64,000 nucleotides of DNA from Selaginella moellendorffii (GCF_000143415.4 NW_003314292.1:1309498-1373497); one strand, 5' to 3'. Shown: positions 35,626 to 48,713, counted from the stretch's first letter. A program made the numbers and translations. Notes: generated by a model not told the origin, from the sequence alone.

Positions 35626-36331
35626 ATGGCGGTGGTGGCCATGGCTTGTTCGCAAGCTCTAAGTTTTGGGTCGACAATTCGGCCGCAGAGAAGAACGGGG
35701 GCAGGCCTTTGTGTGTCCAAAACGAGAAGGCCAAGAAGGATATGCAGCGCTGTGATGAACAAGGAGAAGGAAACGAAGCAGTCGGTGGAAACAGATGCTG
35801 TGAACAAAGACGACGGTGTCGAAGAAGTGACGAGGAAATTTGGATTGGAAGCTGGTCTGTGGAAGGTAACTCTCGACTTCGCTCTCCCTTTTTCCTTTCT
35901 CACAGAAAAATCTCGTCTTGCAGATTTTTTCTTCCAAGAAGAACGAGAGCGGCGAGAAGAAAGTCCAAGCCAAAGAGCTACTCGCTAGATACGGTGGCGC
36001 GTATCTAGTCACTTCCATCTCTCTCTCGGCGGTCTCGTTCGCGCTGTGCTACCTTCTCATCAACGCTGGAGTGGACGTTCCATCGCTGCTTGCAAAGGTA
36101 AGCGAGCAATCGAATTCTTTGTGTGCTTCACTCACGAAGTTCCATCGCGAATCCAACCAGGTGGGAATCCAGAGCAACGAAACTGGCGAGAAAGTTGGAA
36201 CTTTGGCGCTCGCGTACGCCGCACACAAAGCTGCTTCGCCAATTCGATTCCCCCCAACAGTGGCATTGACGCCAATCGTCGCGAGCTGGTTTGGAAAGAA
36301 GAACGAACAGGAGGGAGGAGGAAAGAGCTGA
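35626..36331 (+). CDS. DUF1279/FAM210B-like plastid membrane protein
   Basis: VTRKFGLEAGLWK-IFSSK...AKELLARYGGAYLVTSISLS...GTLALAYAAHKAASPIRFPPTVALTP; three exons. Confidence 0.88.
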
Positions 36332-36834
36332 GAGATATTCCGTCGGCTACTTAGGATATTCTGCCAGGCCACTAGCAAAGCACATTCCGTTAATGGATTT
36401 TAGGGCGCGAGGAATCTTCCCCTACTTTAAAGTGTGGCCGTCGATGAGCGTGGCACAAGCAACGGTGGCGATGGGGCCACACGCATCCAGCGTGTCCACG
36501 ACGTGACGTCTCCGCAAGGGAGGGATCGGTGGATCAACTCGATCCATTTTTTTTGTAGAGAGTGATGAGCGGTCGTAGGGTTTGCAGTTAGCTCAGGCGC
36601 TGTTCTCGCGTCATTGATGTGATTTCTCTGCCGCAGTCGTACAGATTCTCTTTCCATGCGATCATCGTCGCCATAGGTTTGATCCGAGCAGCCGCGGCGC
36701 TAGATCGCGCTCGAAATCCGGTTTCCTGGTACTGCATTGCCAAGATTTCGCAGATTTCTCCCACAAGGAAGCGAAATTTCGGGGGATTCTTGGCCGCCTA
36801 GCTAGCTAGGGTCGAAAGAAAGCGCGATCGATCG

Positions 36835-38064
36835 ATGGGGTACCAGGAGGAGGAGGCCGGCGAGGATTACATCTTCAAGGTAGTGCTCATCGGCGATTCG
36901 GCGGTGGGCAAGTCGAATTTGCTGACGAGGTATGCGCGCAACGAGTTCAATCACAACTCCAAGGCCACGATTGGGGTGGAATTCCAGACGCAGAGCATGA
37001 GGATCAATGGCAAGGAGGTCAAGGCGCAGGTATGGGACACGGCTGGGCAGGAGAGGTTCCGGGCTGTGACATCGGCCTATTACAGGGGCGCGCTTGGAGC
37101 CCTCGTTGTCTACGATATCACCAGGAAGCAAACCTTTGAGAACATCTCCAAATGGCTCGATGAGCTGCGAAGTAAGTTCTACTCTACTCTCCTCGGAACT
37201 CTTTGTGCTTTGCCTTCATTTTTCTTGCTTGCATTGTCCTAGACTTGGTTTGCATCGCTTTGCACTGGGATTTCTTCTTTCCATTGTCATGTTTACATTG
37301 TTCTTGACTTCGTGGCAGATTCACAGCCTAGATGGTGATAGAACTCATTCTTTTCTTCTTCGCGACGTTGTTTTGTATCTATCGATGCACAGTCTAGTTG
37401 ATATTGATTTGCTACTTGAAATTCTAGAGGCCTCTCTGTTTGCATTAGTAGCCTGGTTTGCATCGCTTTGTTTTTTTTTTTCTCTCTTTGTCGATTTTGT
37501 TCACGTCGTCATGTTTACATTGTTCTTGATGCACGGCCTAGATGGTGGTAGAAATCATTCTTTTCTTGGTGTTCTTCGCGACGTGGTTTGCTGCCTTTTC
37601 ATCAATGCACAGTCTAGTTAACACTCCCTTGATGCGTGAAATCCACTTTGGCTTAGAGGCCTCTCTGTTTCCACTAGTGCTTGAGCTTGATTGCCTTGGG
37701 CTTTTGATTGCTCTAACTCAGCTTCGCCTTCATAGCTTACGGAGGATCGAGCGTGGTGACAATGCTGGTAGGCAACAAGTGCGATCTCACAGACATCCGC
37801 GAGGTATCAGTCGAGGAGGGCAAGGAGCTGGCCGAGTCGGAGAACCTCTTCTTCATGGAGACGTCGGCGCTGGCGTCCACAAACGTGAAGACGGCGTTCC
37901 AGAACGTTGTCCGCGAGATCTTCGACGCCAAGAGCCGGAGGATCGTCCCGGACGACTACGACAAAGACGACCGCGTCCCTCGCGGCCAGAAGCTCGGATT
38001 GAACGGGGCCGGCGATGGAAAATCACCCCAGGACGATGCAACTCGGCGATTTTCGTGCTGCTAA
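36835..38064 (+). CDS. Rab11-family GTPase, RabA5-like
   Basis: [49 protein letters not shown]-terminal CC; one intron ~37171-37735. Confidence 0.95.
37220..37680. repeat. Tandem ~220-bp duplication inside the Rab intron, with dispersed relatives
   Basis: GTCATGTTTACATTGTTCTTGA...CCTAGATGGTG...ATGCACAGTCTAGTT...TAGAGGCCTCTCTGTTT occurs twice; related sequence at ~40905 and 62060-62190. Confidence 0.85.
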
Positions 38065-38478
38065 GTTCCATCCCTCCATAGCCAAGCGCTAACGATTTCT
38101 CGTTAAGGATTTGTGTAGAAATAATTAATTAACATTCTGGACCGTTGAGGTGCGGAGATGCGATCTGGGCCGTTGGTTGCGTGTGAAAATGCGGCTGGGT
38201 CTAGGGTTTTGAGAGAGCTATGGTAGAATGGTTTGTGCACAATTAAGCCGGTGTGGCGAGAGCTGTGATTTTCACACGGTTGTGGGCACATAGAGTGACA
38301 AAGATTCCAAGGAGGTGCTGTCTGCCGGCTTTACTTGGCTCACGGGCCGTGATAAGTGCGGCCTGGTCTCCTCTACATAGACACAACTAGATCAAAAAGC
38401 TTCCTACTAGATTTGGATTCAAAGGAAACATCGCTTTACTAGCAGCATGGTATCAATCGAAAACCTGGAGAGGGGAAT

Positions 38479-40182
38479 CTAAGCGGAGAGAGTTTTCTTT
38501 TCTGCACTGGGTTTCGATTTGCAGAATGGGGAGTTTGCGTCCAAGTTGTCCATGGTCACGCCGTAATGCTTGTCCACGTTGTAGCAGCGGTAAAACTTCG
38601 CTCGCGCCTCCTCCGGGGACACCGACGCCGCCGACGCCGCCGCCCCAAATGCAGCACTGGGCGCGCTTGCTGGAGCTCCTCCTCCGCCAAAAATCGTCGC
38701 CGCCGTCCCAAGTGCAGCACTGGGCGTCGACGACGCCGCCCTCGCTGGAAACGAGCCTCCGGAGGACGTGTTCTTTGCTGGAGCTTGGGTCGATACCTGC
38801 TCGAAAGGACACGATGGTGTGAAGAAGGCCCCGGACGGCGCTTGAGCTCCGCCAAAACACGGACTGAATGTGTGCTCGAAAGCATGCGATGGTGCTGCTG
38901 GTGCGAAGGGCGATTGTGCTGGTGCGAAGGGTGATGCTGGTGCTGCTGGTACGAAGAAGGGCGATTGTGGCGGTGGTGTTGGTGCTGGTGCGAAGAATAT
39001 TGGTGCTGGCGCGAAGGGCGATTGTGCTAGTGCGAAGGGCGATTGTGACGGTGCTGCTGCTGCTGCTGCGAAGGGCGATGGAGAGGCCGGCGACGTTTTC
39101 GTTTTCTTGCTCTTGAGATGCTCCGCCACCATTTCAAGCACATCTTCCGGATAGGAGCCGCTGCTCGTCCCCAGCACCAGCGCCAGGAGCTCGCCGACGT
39201 CGACCTCCTCCTTCCGATCCATCATCAGCCCCTTGATCTCGCCCAGGAGCCTGTGATCCTCCACGCCCAAGTGGAGCTTCACTGTCGACTTGAGCATCTG
39301 GAAGCCGCTGGTGTCCATGGCCACGTAGAAATCGATCCGGCCCTGGCAGCCCGGGAAGACGGTGTCCGGCTTGGCTTCGTCCGACACGAACACGAAGATC
39401 CTCTCGTCCGGAGCCCACAGTCCATCGCTCACGTCCAAAACATCCGCCATCTTCACCTTGATGACCGACTGGTTATCGATCCCATGCACACAGATCACTG
39501 CCCTCCTCCCAGTTTTCATCAAGATCTCCTTGAGTTGCGCCTTGGTCGCCACCAACCCAGTGTCGAGATCATAAACATCGTAGCCGAGCTTGTTGGCTAT
39601 GGCGGCAACGAGCTGCTCTTTCCCACTCGCCTGGCGGCCATGGACGAGGTAGCTCCTCTTCCACGCCTTCCCAATCCTCTTGTAGTAGTCCTGAGCTCCC
39701 ACAAACGCCTCCAGATCCTTGACCAGCTCCTCCTTGAGCTCAGCATCCATGGAGCTATCCAGCGTCTCCAAGCTCGCGGGATGATCGAATTCGCAGCTCG
39801 CCCAGCTCATCTCGTGCATACCAGGTGGCCTCACGGTGAAAAGGCGGCGGCGCTTGGAGGCGGCGGTGATGTGAGAAAAGTAGGCCTGGATCACGTCGTT
39901 GGAGCAGTGCGGCGGGAACGCCGCCATGACATAGGGCGATTCATCAGTGGCCACGCCCGCGCTCCACTCGAAATCCAGGCCCTGGAACTTGTCACGCACG
40001 GGAAAGCCCGGCTGGAGCCCCAAGATGAGGGGCGTGTTGTCGTCGATCAAGCTCGCCCTGAAGAGCGCCGGCTGCTCCGGATTGACTGCGAGAGAGGAGA
40101 GGTAGCTGTTGACGTAATTATAGAGCGCGCCGCCATCGTTCTCGTACACCACCACGGACCTATTAATCGCCATACTTCTCAA
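38479..40182 (-). CDS. BCS1-like plant AAA-ATPase homologue with degenerate Walker motifs and a Pro/Ala/Phe-rich tail
   Basis: 567-aa single-exon ORF; FDHPASLETL...KEELVKDLEAF...YYKRIGKAWKRSYLVHG, AAIANKLGYDVYDLD, PGCQGRIDFYVAM. Confidence 0.85.
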   Translation of the reverse strand: MRSMAINRSVVVYENDGGALYNYVNSYLSSLAVNPEQPALFRASLIDDNTPLILGLQPGFPVRDKFQGLDFEWSAGVATDESPYVMAAFPPHCSNDVIQAYFSHITAASKRRRLFTVRPPGMHEMSWASCEFDHPASLETLDSSMDAELKEELVKDLEAFVGAQDYYKRIGKAWKRSYLVHGRQASGKEQLVAAIANKLGYDVYDLDTGLVATKAQLKEILMKTGRRAVICVHGIDNQSVIKVKMADVLDVSDGLWAPDERIFVFVSDEAKPDTVFPGCQGRIDFYVAMDTSGFQMLKSTVKLHLGVEDHRLLGEIKGLMMDRKEEVDVGELLALVLGTSSGSYPEDVLEMVAEHLKSKKTKTSPASPSPFAAAAAAPSQSPFALAQSPFAPAPIFFAPAPTPPPQSPFFVPAAPASPFAPAQSPFAPAAPSHAFEHTFSPCFGGAQAPSGAFFTPSCPFEQVSTQAPAKNTSSGGSFPARAASSTPSAALGTAATIFGGGGAPASAPSAAFGAAASAASVSPEEARAKFYRCYNVDKHYGVTMDNLDANSPFCKSKPSAEKKTLSA

Positions 40183-42009
40183 GAACCCTAAACTTCAAAC
40201 TATACGTGGCATATCCGCGTGGCAAACTGTGCCAGCACAGCCGCCACTTCCTCAGTGAACGCCACATCAGCCCGCCATCTGTGCCAAACTCTTTAATGCG
40301 CCTCTATCCATACAAAAGCCATATTCCTCTAAATTCTGGCAATCTCAACCTGAGAAACAAGGAATCTAGGCCTGGCAAGATAGAGAGGTACCAGCATCCC
40401 AGAGACTCAAAGGTATCTCCATGGACAGCTTTTATTCCACACTACTCTTGATGAGAAGGTCCTGGCCATCATCCGAGAATGCCATGTAGAGTGACCTGGG
40501 TCGGCTGGCGTGGAGTGGTAGCTTGGATATCACGCGCCTAATGGGTGACCTGATCGTGCTCAAGCTCAGCTTGGGAAGACCGGAGAAACAAGCATTTTGA
40601 TGTCTACAAACTTGTGCATCAAATGCCTACTTCTGCAAAGCTGTTCGATACGGGTGAAATACTGGAGAAGCTTTGCGGAGCGCAAGAAGGGGAGCCTTGA
40701 CTTTTAAGAATCAATGAAGCGCAAGGGCGCAGCTATTTAGTTTTGAGACCTAGAAAGGTGGATTATGGAAGAACTCACCTCGTGCAGCGAATTCTTGTTG
40801 TCATGGAGATGTTGTGTTATGCTGTGGAACAAATAAAAGATTAGTTCGACACTGTCCATGACTATAACAAAAATCACAATAGCTGTCCTCTTGCTCATCT
40901 GTCCGCAGACTTGGTTTGCATTGCTTTGTTTTGATTTTTTTTTAAAATAGGACAAAATTGCCACACTACTTGAAAACCAAAATCTGGTAGGTTCGTTATT
41001 TTACACATACACATATCTTGCCACATTTACAACACTACCATGACTGTCTTGAGCCTTTGTACTCCTCTACAAATGCACGCTCAAGAACGTCAAGTGGCAA
41101 GTGGCTATATAATCATTACCCGTTAACGTTCACAAGAATGAGATAGAGTTTGAGTCTCTCGATCATATCAACTATAGCATACCATAAATTTAACATTATA
41201 AACTATATAATCCATTGGTTCTATTTGTGGTTCTCTGTTCTCTCTTGGCTCTTTAAACAAATAGTGAATACAGCTGAAAGGCACACGATTTTTTTTTTAA
41301 ATTACTATTATATGACAAATGCCAATAGAAAATTGTTTTCTATGCAAGAGTGCTTCGTACTTGAATCTCATGAACAAGGAACAACCTTTTGAATACTATT
41401 GTGAAATGTGTGCGAAGATAGACGTAAGCAAGCCTATGGGCATAAAAAATAAGTGAGGCAGAATTGGTGTTGTTTCTGTTATTAGCTTTGTAAAGCTTAT
41501 TGTAAAGTGAGGCAAGTGCCTCTTTTTTTTTAACCAATTCTAAACATTGAATTTTAAAGTTGCAGATCATAAAAACTAACTGTCATGATACTTTTTACAT
41601 AGCCTTGCAAAGTTTTAAGAAGATCAAATGATTTATTATGATCTTCTTTATTTTAGGGTTTTCGATATAAGTGGTGCATACTTGATGGAGACCTTTTGAT
41701 GGTCAATGGGCCCAGTCAATGGAGACAAAACAAAGAACTCCTCAGCTTGTCTTTTGGTAACTTATTTCATTTTCCCAAAAAAGTCAAATTTTCAACCTTG
41801 TGGCGCTTTCTTACCTTAGCCATTTGCACGAACATAAGCTTGTGAAGAACAAGTTCAGAGTAAAAAAGGAAAATATCAAAAATCAAGTGATGACTACTCA
41901 CAAAGAAGTGCTAAACGTAATTTAAAAGATTGCAAAAGCATGGAGCACAACTTTTCAGTGCCCTCTATGGGATCTTGTATTCATGAGCTCTCAGACACAC
42001 ACAAGCCAA

Positions 42010-42864
42010 CTACAAACTGTTGGTGTTTCCACAAACTGTCCTAAGGCTCTTCAGGTTTTCTGGTAGAGTCTTCCCTGTGGCCTCTGCAAACTCCCTCAAA
42101 GCTTCAATGGCCCTCTCTTGTCGAATAGCAAGCCGCTGGTCCATATCCCTTTCCGTTAAACCATCACAACCAGGGTCTAGAATTTCTAGTGGTGACTGCA
42201 ACATGTAGAAGTGAACCAGCATCGCATAGACAATAGCAGCGCTTGATCCCACAAGTGCAACGGCTGGAACTTGCCATCCGACTGGTGGAGCAACGATGGC
42301 AGCCCGAGTACAAGCCATGTAAGTCATATACCTCACGAAGCTAACCATTATGAACAGAGCCAAACTGCCGCCGTCGATCCAATCATCAGGCAAAGGTATT
42401 GTTGCGGGAGTGAAAAATCCACAAAATAATATCACCACCAGCGGAAACACCAGCCACTGATTCGTGATCATTGCAGAAAAAATACCGCTAATGCCCCCAA
42501 CAAGAAAACCGTAAGTGATCATTTTCTTTCGACCATGGTGAGAGAGCATAATTCCTACATGGAGCTCTTGTTAGTCTCTAGAAAAAAAAAGGAAAAAAAA
42601 AAAAAGAAACTGACCTGTTGAGATCATGGACACGAAGAATCCTATGCATCCAAGCGCTACAGATACCTGACGGGATAGCTGAGGGGGCCAGTGTATGGTA
42701 AGCATATAACACCCATATCCAGTGAAGGCATTACAGAGGAAATTCATCAAGAACTGGCGCCACATAATCCAGTGGCGACCAAGATTCCAGGCCTTGTAGA
42801 TATCGGCAAGATCATACTCACCATTCGGGCTCAACAATCCCTGCTCCATAGGGTAACCTAGCAA
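42010..42864 (-). CDS. Half-size MFS/OCT-like membrane protein, copy 2 (intact, two exons)
   Basis: Highly similar to 9093-9954; 48-nt intron 42614-42567 at the same position and in frame (ST-E-LHVGIMLSHHGRKK). Confidence 0.65.
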
Positions 42865-43119
42865 TTCCTCTTTCCCTAAATATTAAAAGCATCCTTTTTC
42901 TCTAGCACCTTGACCGTTGGCTGGCAGCTTATCCGACGGTTGCCAGGGTGGTCTTTTAGAATATGCGAATGCATAAGCTTAGAATATGCTATGGTGGCCA
43001 GAACACAGTGTGGACGGGATCCTGTCGAAGACGACCCGAGCGTAATCAATCTCTCAGACAGCCCACTACTGACTTTGCAGACCCAATACCATCCTTCAGC
43101 TTGATTCTTTTGGTCTTCT

Positions 43120-43810
43120 CAAACTGCCTGGGAATTTGCATGCACAAGGATGGAGCATTGGTAGCCAAAATCCATATGAAAAGTAAGGCACCTGTTGATG
43201 AGACGATCGAGTTGATGCCATTCCGGTGCTCGGCAGTGGTTTCCAAAACGATCAACGAGTACAGATAGTGCCAAACGAAAACCTGAATTCCATCCAAGGA
43301 ACGTACCTTTATAATCAGAGGCAGCAATTCGCCAGAGCTCTCTAGACATGAGCCGCTAGACCCCTTCAGAGGGAAGAATTTCCTTCTTGAGCAGCTCGAG
43401 GCTTTCCTCTCATCGCTCAGATTCTGATGAATCCATGGAGAGGGAGGCCACCACTGGGGGGGACAGAGACTGCTTCCAAATATGTCCTTTGAGCATGGTG
43501 TTACTCTGTAAACCCATGTACAAATCCATCCCTCCCCACGACTATAAAGAATGACCTCCAAGAGGTGTTACTCCGGCAGCAAAACCACTCGGTATTGTTG
43601 GAAGAGTTGGAATGAATTTCCCCGTGATCCAGGGAAATCACGACGCAGGGACGCTGCTAGGCTGCCAAACAGGGAAATAGCAAATTCAGTCAACCTCTGT
43701 ATACTACAACAAGCCCCCAGAACAAGGAACGGGCTGGCCACTTACGTATACATGCATGCAGGGAGCTGCTTGGAAACAAAAGAAAGAAACAAATGCTTGC
43801 TAAAAGCTTC
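43120..43810. repeat. Dispersed duplicate block, direct copy at ~47700-48340
   Basis: Shared AAAATCCATATGAAAAGTAAGG, GACGATCGAGTTGATGCCATTCCGGTGCTCGGCAG, TTCCTTCTTGAGCAGCTCGAGGCTTTC, CCCGTGATCCAGGGAAATCACGACGCAG. Confidence 0.9.
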
Positions 43811-44889
43811 GAGAGAGCAAAGCTTAGGAAATAAAATTGCTTACACCTTGAATAGCTTTTTCCTTCGAGGATCCTGGACTGGAATGGTGACAATTACGAT
43901 AGATTACCGTGTCGAAGTATTGAATTACCTGTGGAAGAGGGTTGCAATGGAAGTACCAAAGCTGTTTCCAAGGAACGGGCCAAGAGGTATCGCCTCTCAC
44001 CTTTGTATATCTCTAGCTGTTGGATCGAAACTGTCAATAAGTTCGCAGGAATGAACCAATGTTGTAGCATACGTACCACTCCAGTCGTTCATCAAAACCA
44101 TGCCATATCGACATGTAGCATGCAAACATAAGAAAAAAAAGAAAAGATTTGGGTTTGTGATCCATTACCTTTTTCTCCTCCCAGATCACGATCAGGCCTC
44201 CAGGTTGGATGTAAACCCCATGGCTCTTGTAAATCCCAGTGGTCATCTTTCCTCCTGTGTACCTGTGACAACATAAGACTGCTCGTAGTCCTTCCTGATC
44301 AGATCGCACACCATTCACCTCAAAATCTCCTTCGTCTTGCTCCTAGTCTTGAGATTTCCCTGGCCCGGATCGGAAATTTCGCAAGCCGGCAACAGCGACC
44401 CCAAATGCCTCGGGATAGCGCTCGCTCGCATTTGCTGTGCCCTGTCCGGTGCCTCTTTCTAGCTCCAAAGAGAGAAGTGCGCCGCCGCAGAGCCCCGGCA
44501 TCGCGGCAAAACCATGTGTATGCCACATTGGCAAATAAATGTATGTTCCAAGGGGTTTGATGTGGCGCGCTGTGCACCAGCAGAGCTTGTTTCGAGAAGA
44601 ATTTCACTTTGGGATGCTGTCAAGAGCAGCGGCTCCCAACGATCTGTTTTCCTCTACCTCCTGGACGACCTGGCCCCGTCGATCGCTTCGGCAAAGACAA
44701 TGTTGGCCCATTCGCGACAAGAAAAATCGACCAAGTGTAAATATTTCGATAGCGGGTGCTGTGGAAGATTGATCAGGCTCCTTGCAGGTACGGGCGGCTG
44801 CCATGCATCTGGATCAAAGATGCCTGCGATCCAGGGCGATCTAGTCAGCTTGCCGCATTGCTGGAGCTGAGATCCAAGTTCCTGGTCTA

Positions 44890-45300
44890 TGGATGGTTTT
44901 AGGCTTTTAGCAAGTGAGCGCAAAGGATCGCATCCGAAAAGATCCACTTGCGATGCGTGTGCCGCGAGAGATGAAAAGATCAGGTGAGTTACAGAATCGT
45001 TTCTTGGATCCACCTGACGGTTGTTTCGGCTGGTTTGTTTCAGTTTTTGGTGGCTACTCAACAATAAATTACAGGAAAAAAAAGCCAAGGCCAAATCTCA
45101 TACTATCGAGTTCAAGAAGAGTGCTCCGTGTGTGACACTGGGCAGCAAGCCATGAGTGCTCGCGTGTGGGATTGTGGCAAGCCAAGGAGCTATTGTGTCC
45201 TCACCAGATGAGCAATGATTTCCAGTTGGTAGTTCTGTTGAGTCCTGTTTAAAATTTGGCAGCCGCGAGGCAAGAACTTTGAGGAGAATGAGTGTGTCAA
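44890..45300. repeat. Dispersed duplicate block, inverted copy at ~55970-56430 and partial copy at ~49840-49935
   Basis: TATGGATGGTTTTAGGCTTTTAGCAAGTGAGC...CAAGAACTTTGAG is reverse-complemented at 56430-55980. Confidence 0.88.
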
Positions 45301-48300
45301 CTCAACCGCAGTTCCAGGATTTAAATTTAAACCAGTGTTCTCCAGCAGGAGTGGTCCAAGTCTTTCTCTGACCTTCTTACAGCTTTTGTGTGCATTGAAG
45401 AAACTAGTCTTGCCTGGGGCTCCACGAGGATATATCGAATTAGAATCCCCCGTCCTAGAATCTCATCCTTGCCACAGTTGTCAAGCTTGACCATCTTGAG
45501 GTGGTCATGATGCAATGCTGTTAGTCTCTGTGATGATTGTGACAGTGATTTGCTGGTGATCAGGGATCAATCATCTGGGCTTTGGCTTGTGCAGCTGACA
45601 ATGCCATAGTAGTGTTGGCTTTGATCAAATATTGGCTGTCGCCAAATCATAACAAGCATTAAGAATGTCTAAAAACATACACAAAAACACCATTAATCTT
45701 AGAGTTTTCTCCACCCATGACAAGATAAAATCTTTGAGCTTTTCTTGGTAAAACAAGTGAAAAAGGTAAACCATAATAAATATCACAATAGACTAGAAAT
45801 TACCTAGCAAATGCTAAGTGTTTTGACAAGGGCTTCTTTTCTCTCTCTGCACTCGTTTGCCAAGGTCACGATGTAATCTACAATTAGTTGCATGGCACGC
45901 AACTCTAGGGAGTTGAGAGATCATTTCTGGTTAGTGTGAGGGAAGCTTGTCAAATCCTCTTACTATCCCATACCTGAAAGAGAAAATATGTTGAAAACTT
46001 TTGCAAGGAAATCTACTATGTACATTTATGAAGCTGAAGTTCGATTGGACACTGTAAGCATTCCAGGTCTAACGTATAGCTTTAATAATGCCTCAATACC
46101 AGCCACCTTTAACAATCCCTATCATGCGGAAAAAAAGCTTGAAAATTTCAAGGAAATAAGAGCCTATGTTGGTGTGATGAAAACTGTCCATATAAACTCC
46201 ATAAAACATGTAAAAATGAGTTATGGTGCTTCTCCTCACTTCGGTTGCTTCCACAATCCCAACCAACAATACGTGATAATTAGATCAGGGTGAAAAAGCA
46301 CTCCTTGAGGAAAAAAAAATGTGGTAAGCACCTTGTAGTATTGTGGTACTAAGAATATGCTTTAAAACATACGTAGAATATCCAAGAAGATTTAACCTAT
46401 AATATTTTTTAATCTAATTATTTGTGTTACTTAATACTGGAACGAACAAGTTTACTGTGCTCCAAATTCAAAAGCTCAAGTGTTGCCTGGAATCAGCGCC
46501 ACAGCCAACGAATAAAGAAATGGAGGAAAGAATCCTTCGGACAAACCTGTTTCCATGACAATAAATCACCAAGACATCTTCCGATAGAGGACGAGGTTTG
46601 TCACTGTAGGAACTATTTTAAAGGGCGAACTTGCTTCTCGCATCTATGTCACCATAAGAGGGCATGAACCCGCTTTCTCCTCAAGGCCATTTGACAGACG
46701 CACTGGGAGCATGCACAGTTTTGCTCGCCCTAGAGAATTTAGAAAATATTTTAGACAACGTGGAGTTAATCTACAGAGCAGCTAACATCAGCATCATGTA
46801 AACACGAGACAAGCTTGGTCCAACCTCTTCATTAGCCTGCAAGTGTGATCTCCCTCAAACTTCCATGTCTCCCTGTCAGTCTTGCAAAGCAAAGTTATAA
46901 CTTACACGTACTCCATGCACATAGGTGCCTGACCAAATACTTGAGAGCACATACATTTGATTGCTTAGCAAACCTTGAAGTGTTATATGGGATGGTTAGA
47001 ACGGAAACCAAAGTTTGAAGAAATCCCAACCCAGCCGAATCCATGGTGAGCTCTGCCCAGTTCTGCTGCTGCTCTAGTTTTGAACATCGTTACTTTGATG
47101 CAGCACCAGTTTTCCATTTCCTCTTTGATCTGGGATGCTGTGAGGTGCATGAGAAGAAAACAAACTTAATATAAATATATTTACTAGTAAGCAGCTTTTC
47201 TTTGTTTGCCGCGTAAAGGGTTGATAGAACAAGGAAGGCGTGTTTGTTGACTGTACGAAATGTCGATTTGGTTTATTATATTAGGAAAAGGACAGGCCAA
47301 GAGCTCCCAATCTCGGAACGCCTGAGAGATTTGGTAAGTGCATGCTTTTCCTTTTAGATGTGATTCATGTTCCCTCGGTTTATTGCAGGCGAGGATGATG
47401 GAGAGCAATCTATGAATAAGTTTCTTCAGAAAATGATCACTTCTACTTACCAGGAGGACTTTCTCTGCAATAGCTTTAAAGGTCACTTGCTAGCTCTCCC
47501 CTGCAACGTGAGCCAGGAAAGGTTGGCAATAAATAGAATGGTTAAACTGCACCTTTGTGAGGATTAGAAGACAACTCTCTTCAATCTTCCTCGGAACGAA
47601 GCACAGAGTTGGTATAGCTTCACAAATGCCGATTCCAAGATACTTGCTGCTGTGTTTGAGCAAGGGTCACAAGCTCTTGCATTTCTTGTTCTGCGTGCTC
47701 CGGTGACTGCCTGGGAATTTGCATTCCAGTCCACACAATAAGGATGGAGCATTGGCATTTGAACCTAGCCAAAATCCATATGAAAAGTAAGGTAATTGAT
47801 CAGACGATCGAGTTGATGCCATTCCGGTGCTCGGCAGCGGTTTCCAAACGATCAACCTGACTAGGGAACACTTTGAGCTCATCCCTACAGATCACAAAGT
47901 GTCAAGCAAAAACCTGAATTCCATCCAAGGAATGTACCTTCATAAGCAGAGGCGGCAATTCGGCCAGAGCTCATCGAGATCTCTAGACACGAGCTGCTAG
48001 ACCCCTTCAAAGGGAAGGATTTCCTTCTTGAGCAGCTCGAGGCTTTCTTCTGACAAAGACTGCTTCCAACTGTGTCCTTTGAGCATGGTGTTACTCCGGC
48101 ATCAAAGCCACTCGGTTTTGTGGGAAGAGTTGGAATGGATTTTCCCGTGATCCAGGGAAATCACGACGCAGAGATGCTGCTAGCCTGCCAAACACAGGGA
48201 AACAGCAAATCTAGTCAATCTCCAGAACAAAGAACGGGCTGGCCACTTACGTCAACATGCATGAACAGAGCTCCTTGGGAATGCCAACCTGGAAACAGAA

Positions 48301-48713
48301 GAAAGAAACAAATGCTTGTTAAAAGCTCTGAGAGAGTAAGGCTTGGAAAATACAGGACGTATCCCCCAGTGGCAGCGAGGCTGGACCGAATTCACATGCT
48401 GGCTGAGGCTGAGGTACAATCAGCAAAATAATTGTGTGGACGAGCTTGGACACTTTAGAGAATTACAACACGAGCAACAATAAGTGATCAACCCCTGACA
48501 CCATAAACAAAGGCCCTGGCCATTAAATAGAAAACCCCGTCGAGATCTATCTCCATTTCTGCATAGATTTAGAGAATAGGAGAAAGTACTGTGTATCGAA
48601 CAGATTTTATTGTCGTGCCGACTCTCTACTAAACGTAGAGATAAAAAAACAAAACTCAAGAGGGAAAAAGACTCTCCATCTCGTGTGGAGCCAAAAAAGA
48701 GTGGTGGAAGTAC

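Noticed and set aside
37094-37621. 175-aa hydrophobic ORF
   Set aside because: Lies in the T-rich Rab intron repeat and starts at a non-ATG codon; a compositional artefact
39118-40191. 357-aa plus-strand ORF
   Set aside because: Antisense shadow of the GC-rich AAA gene. The same applies to the overlapping ORFs over the PPR, SLAC and TIC100 genes.
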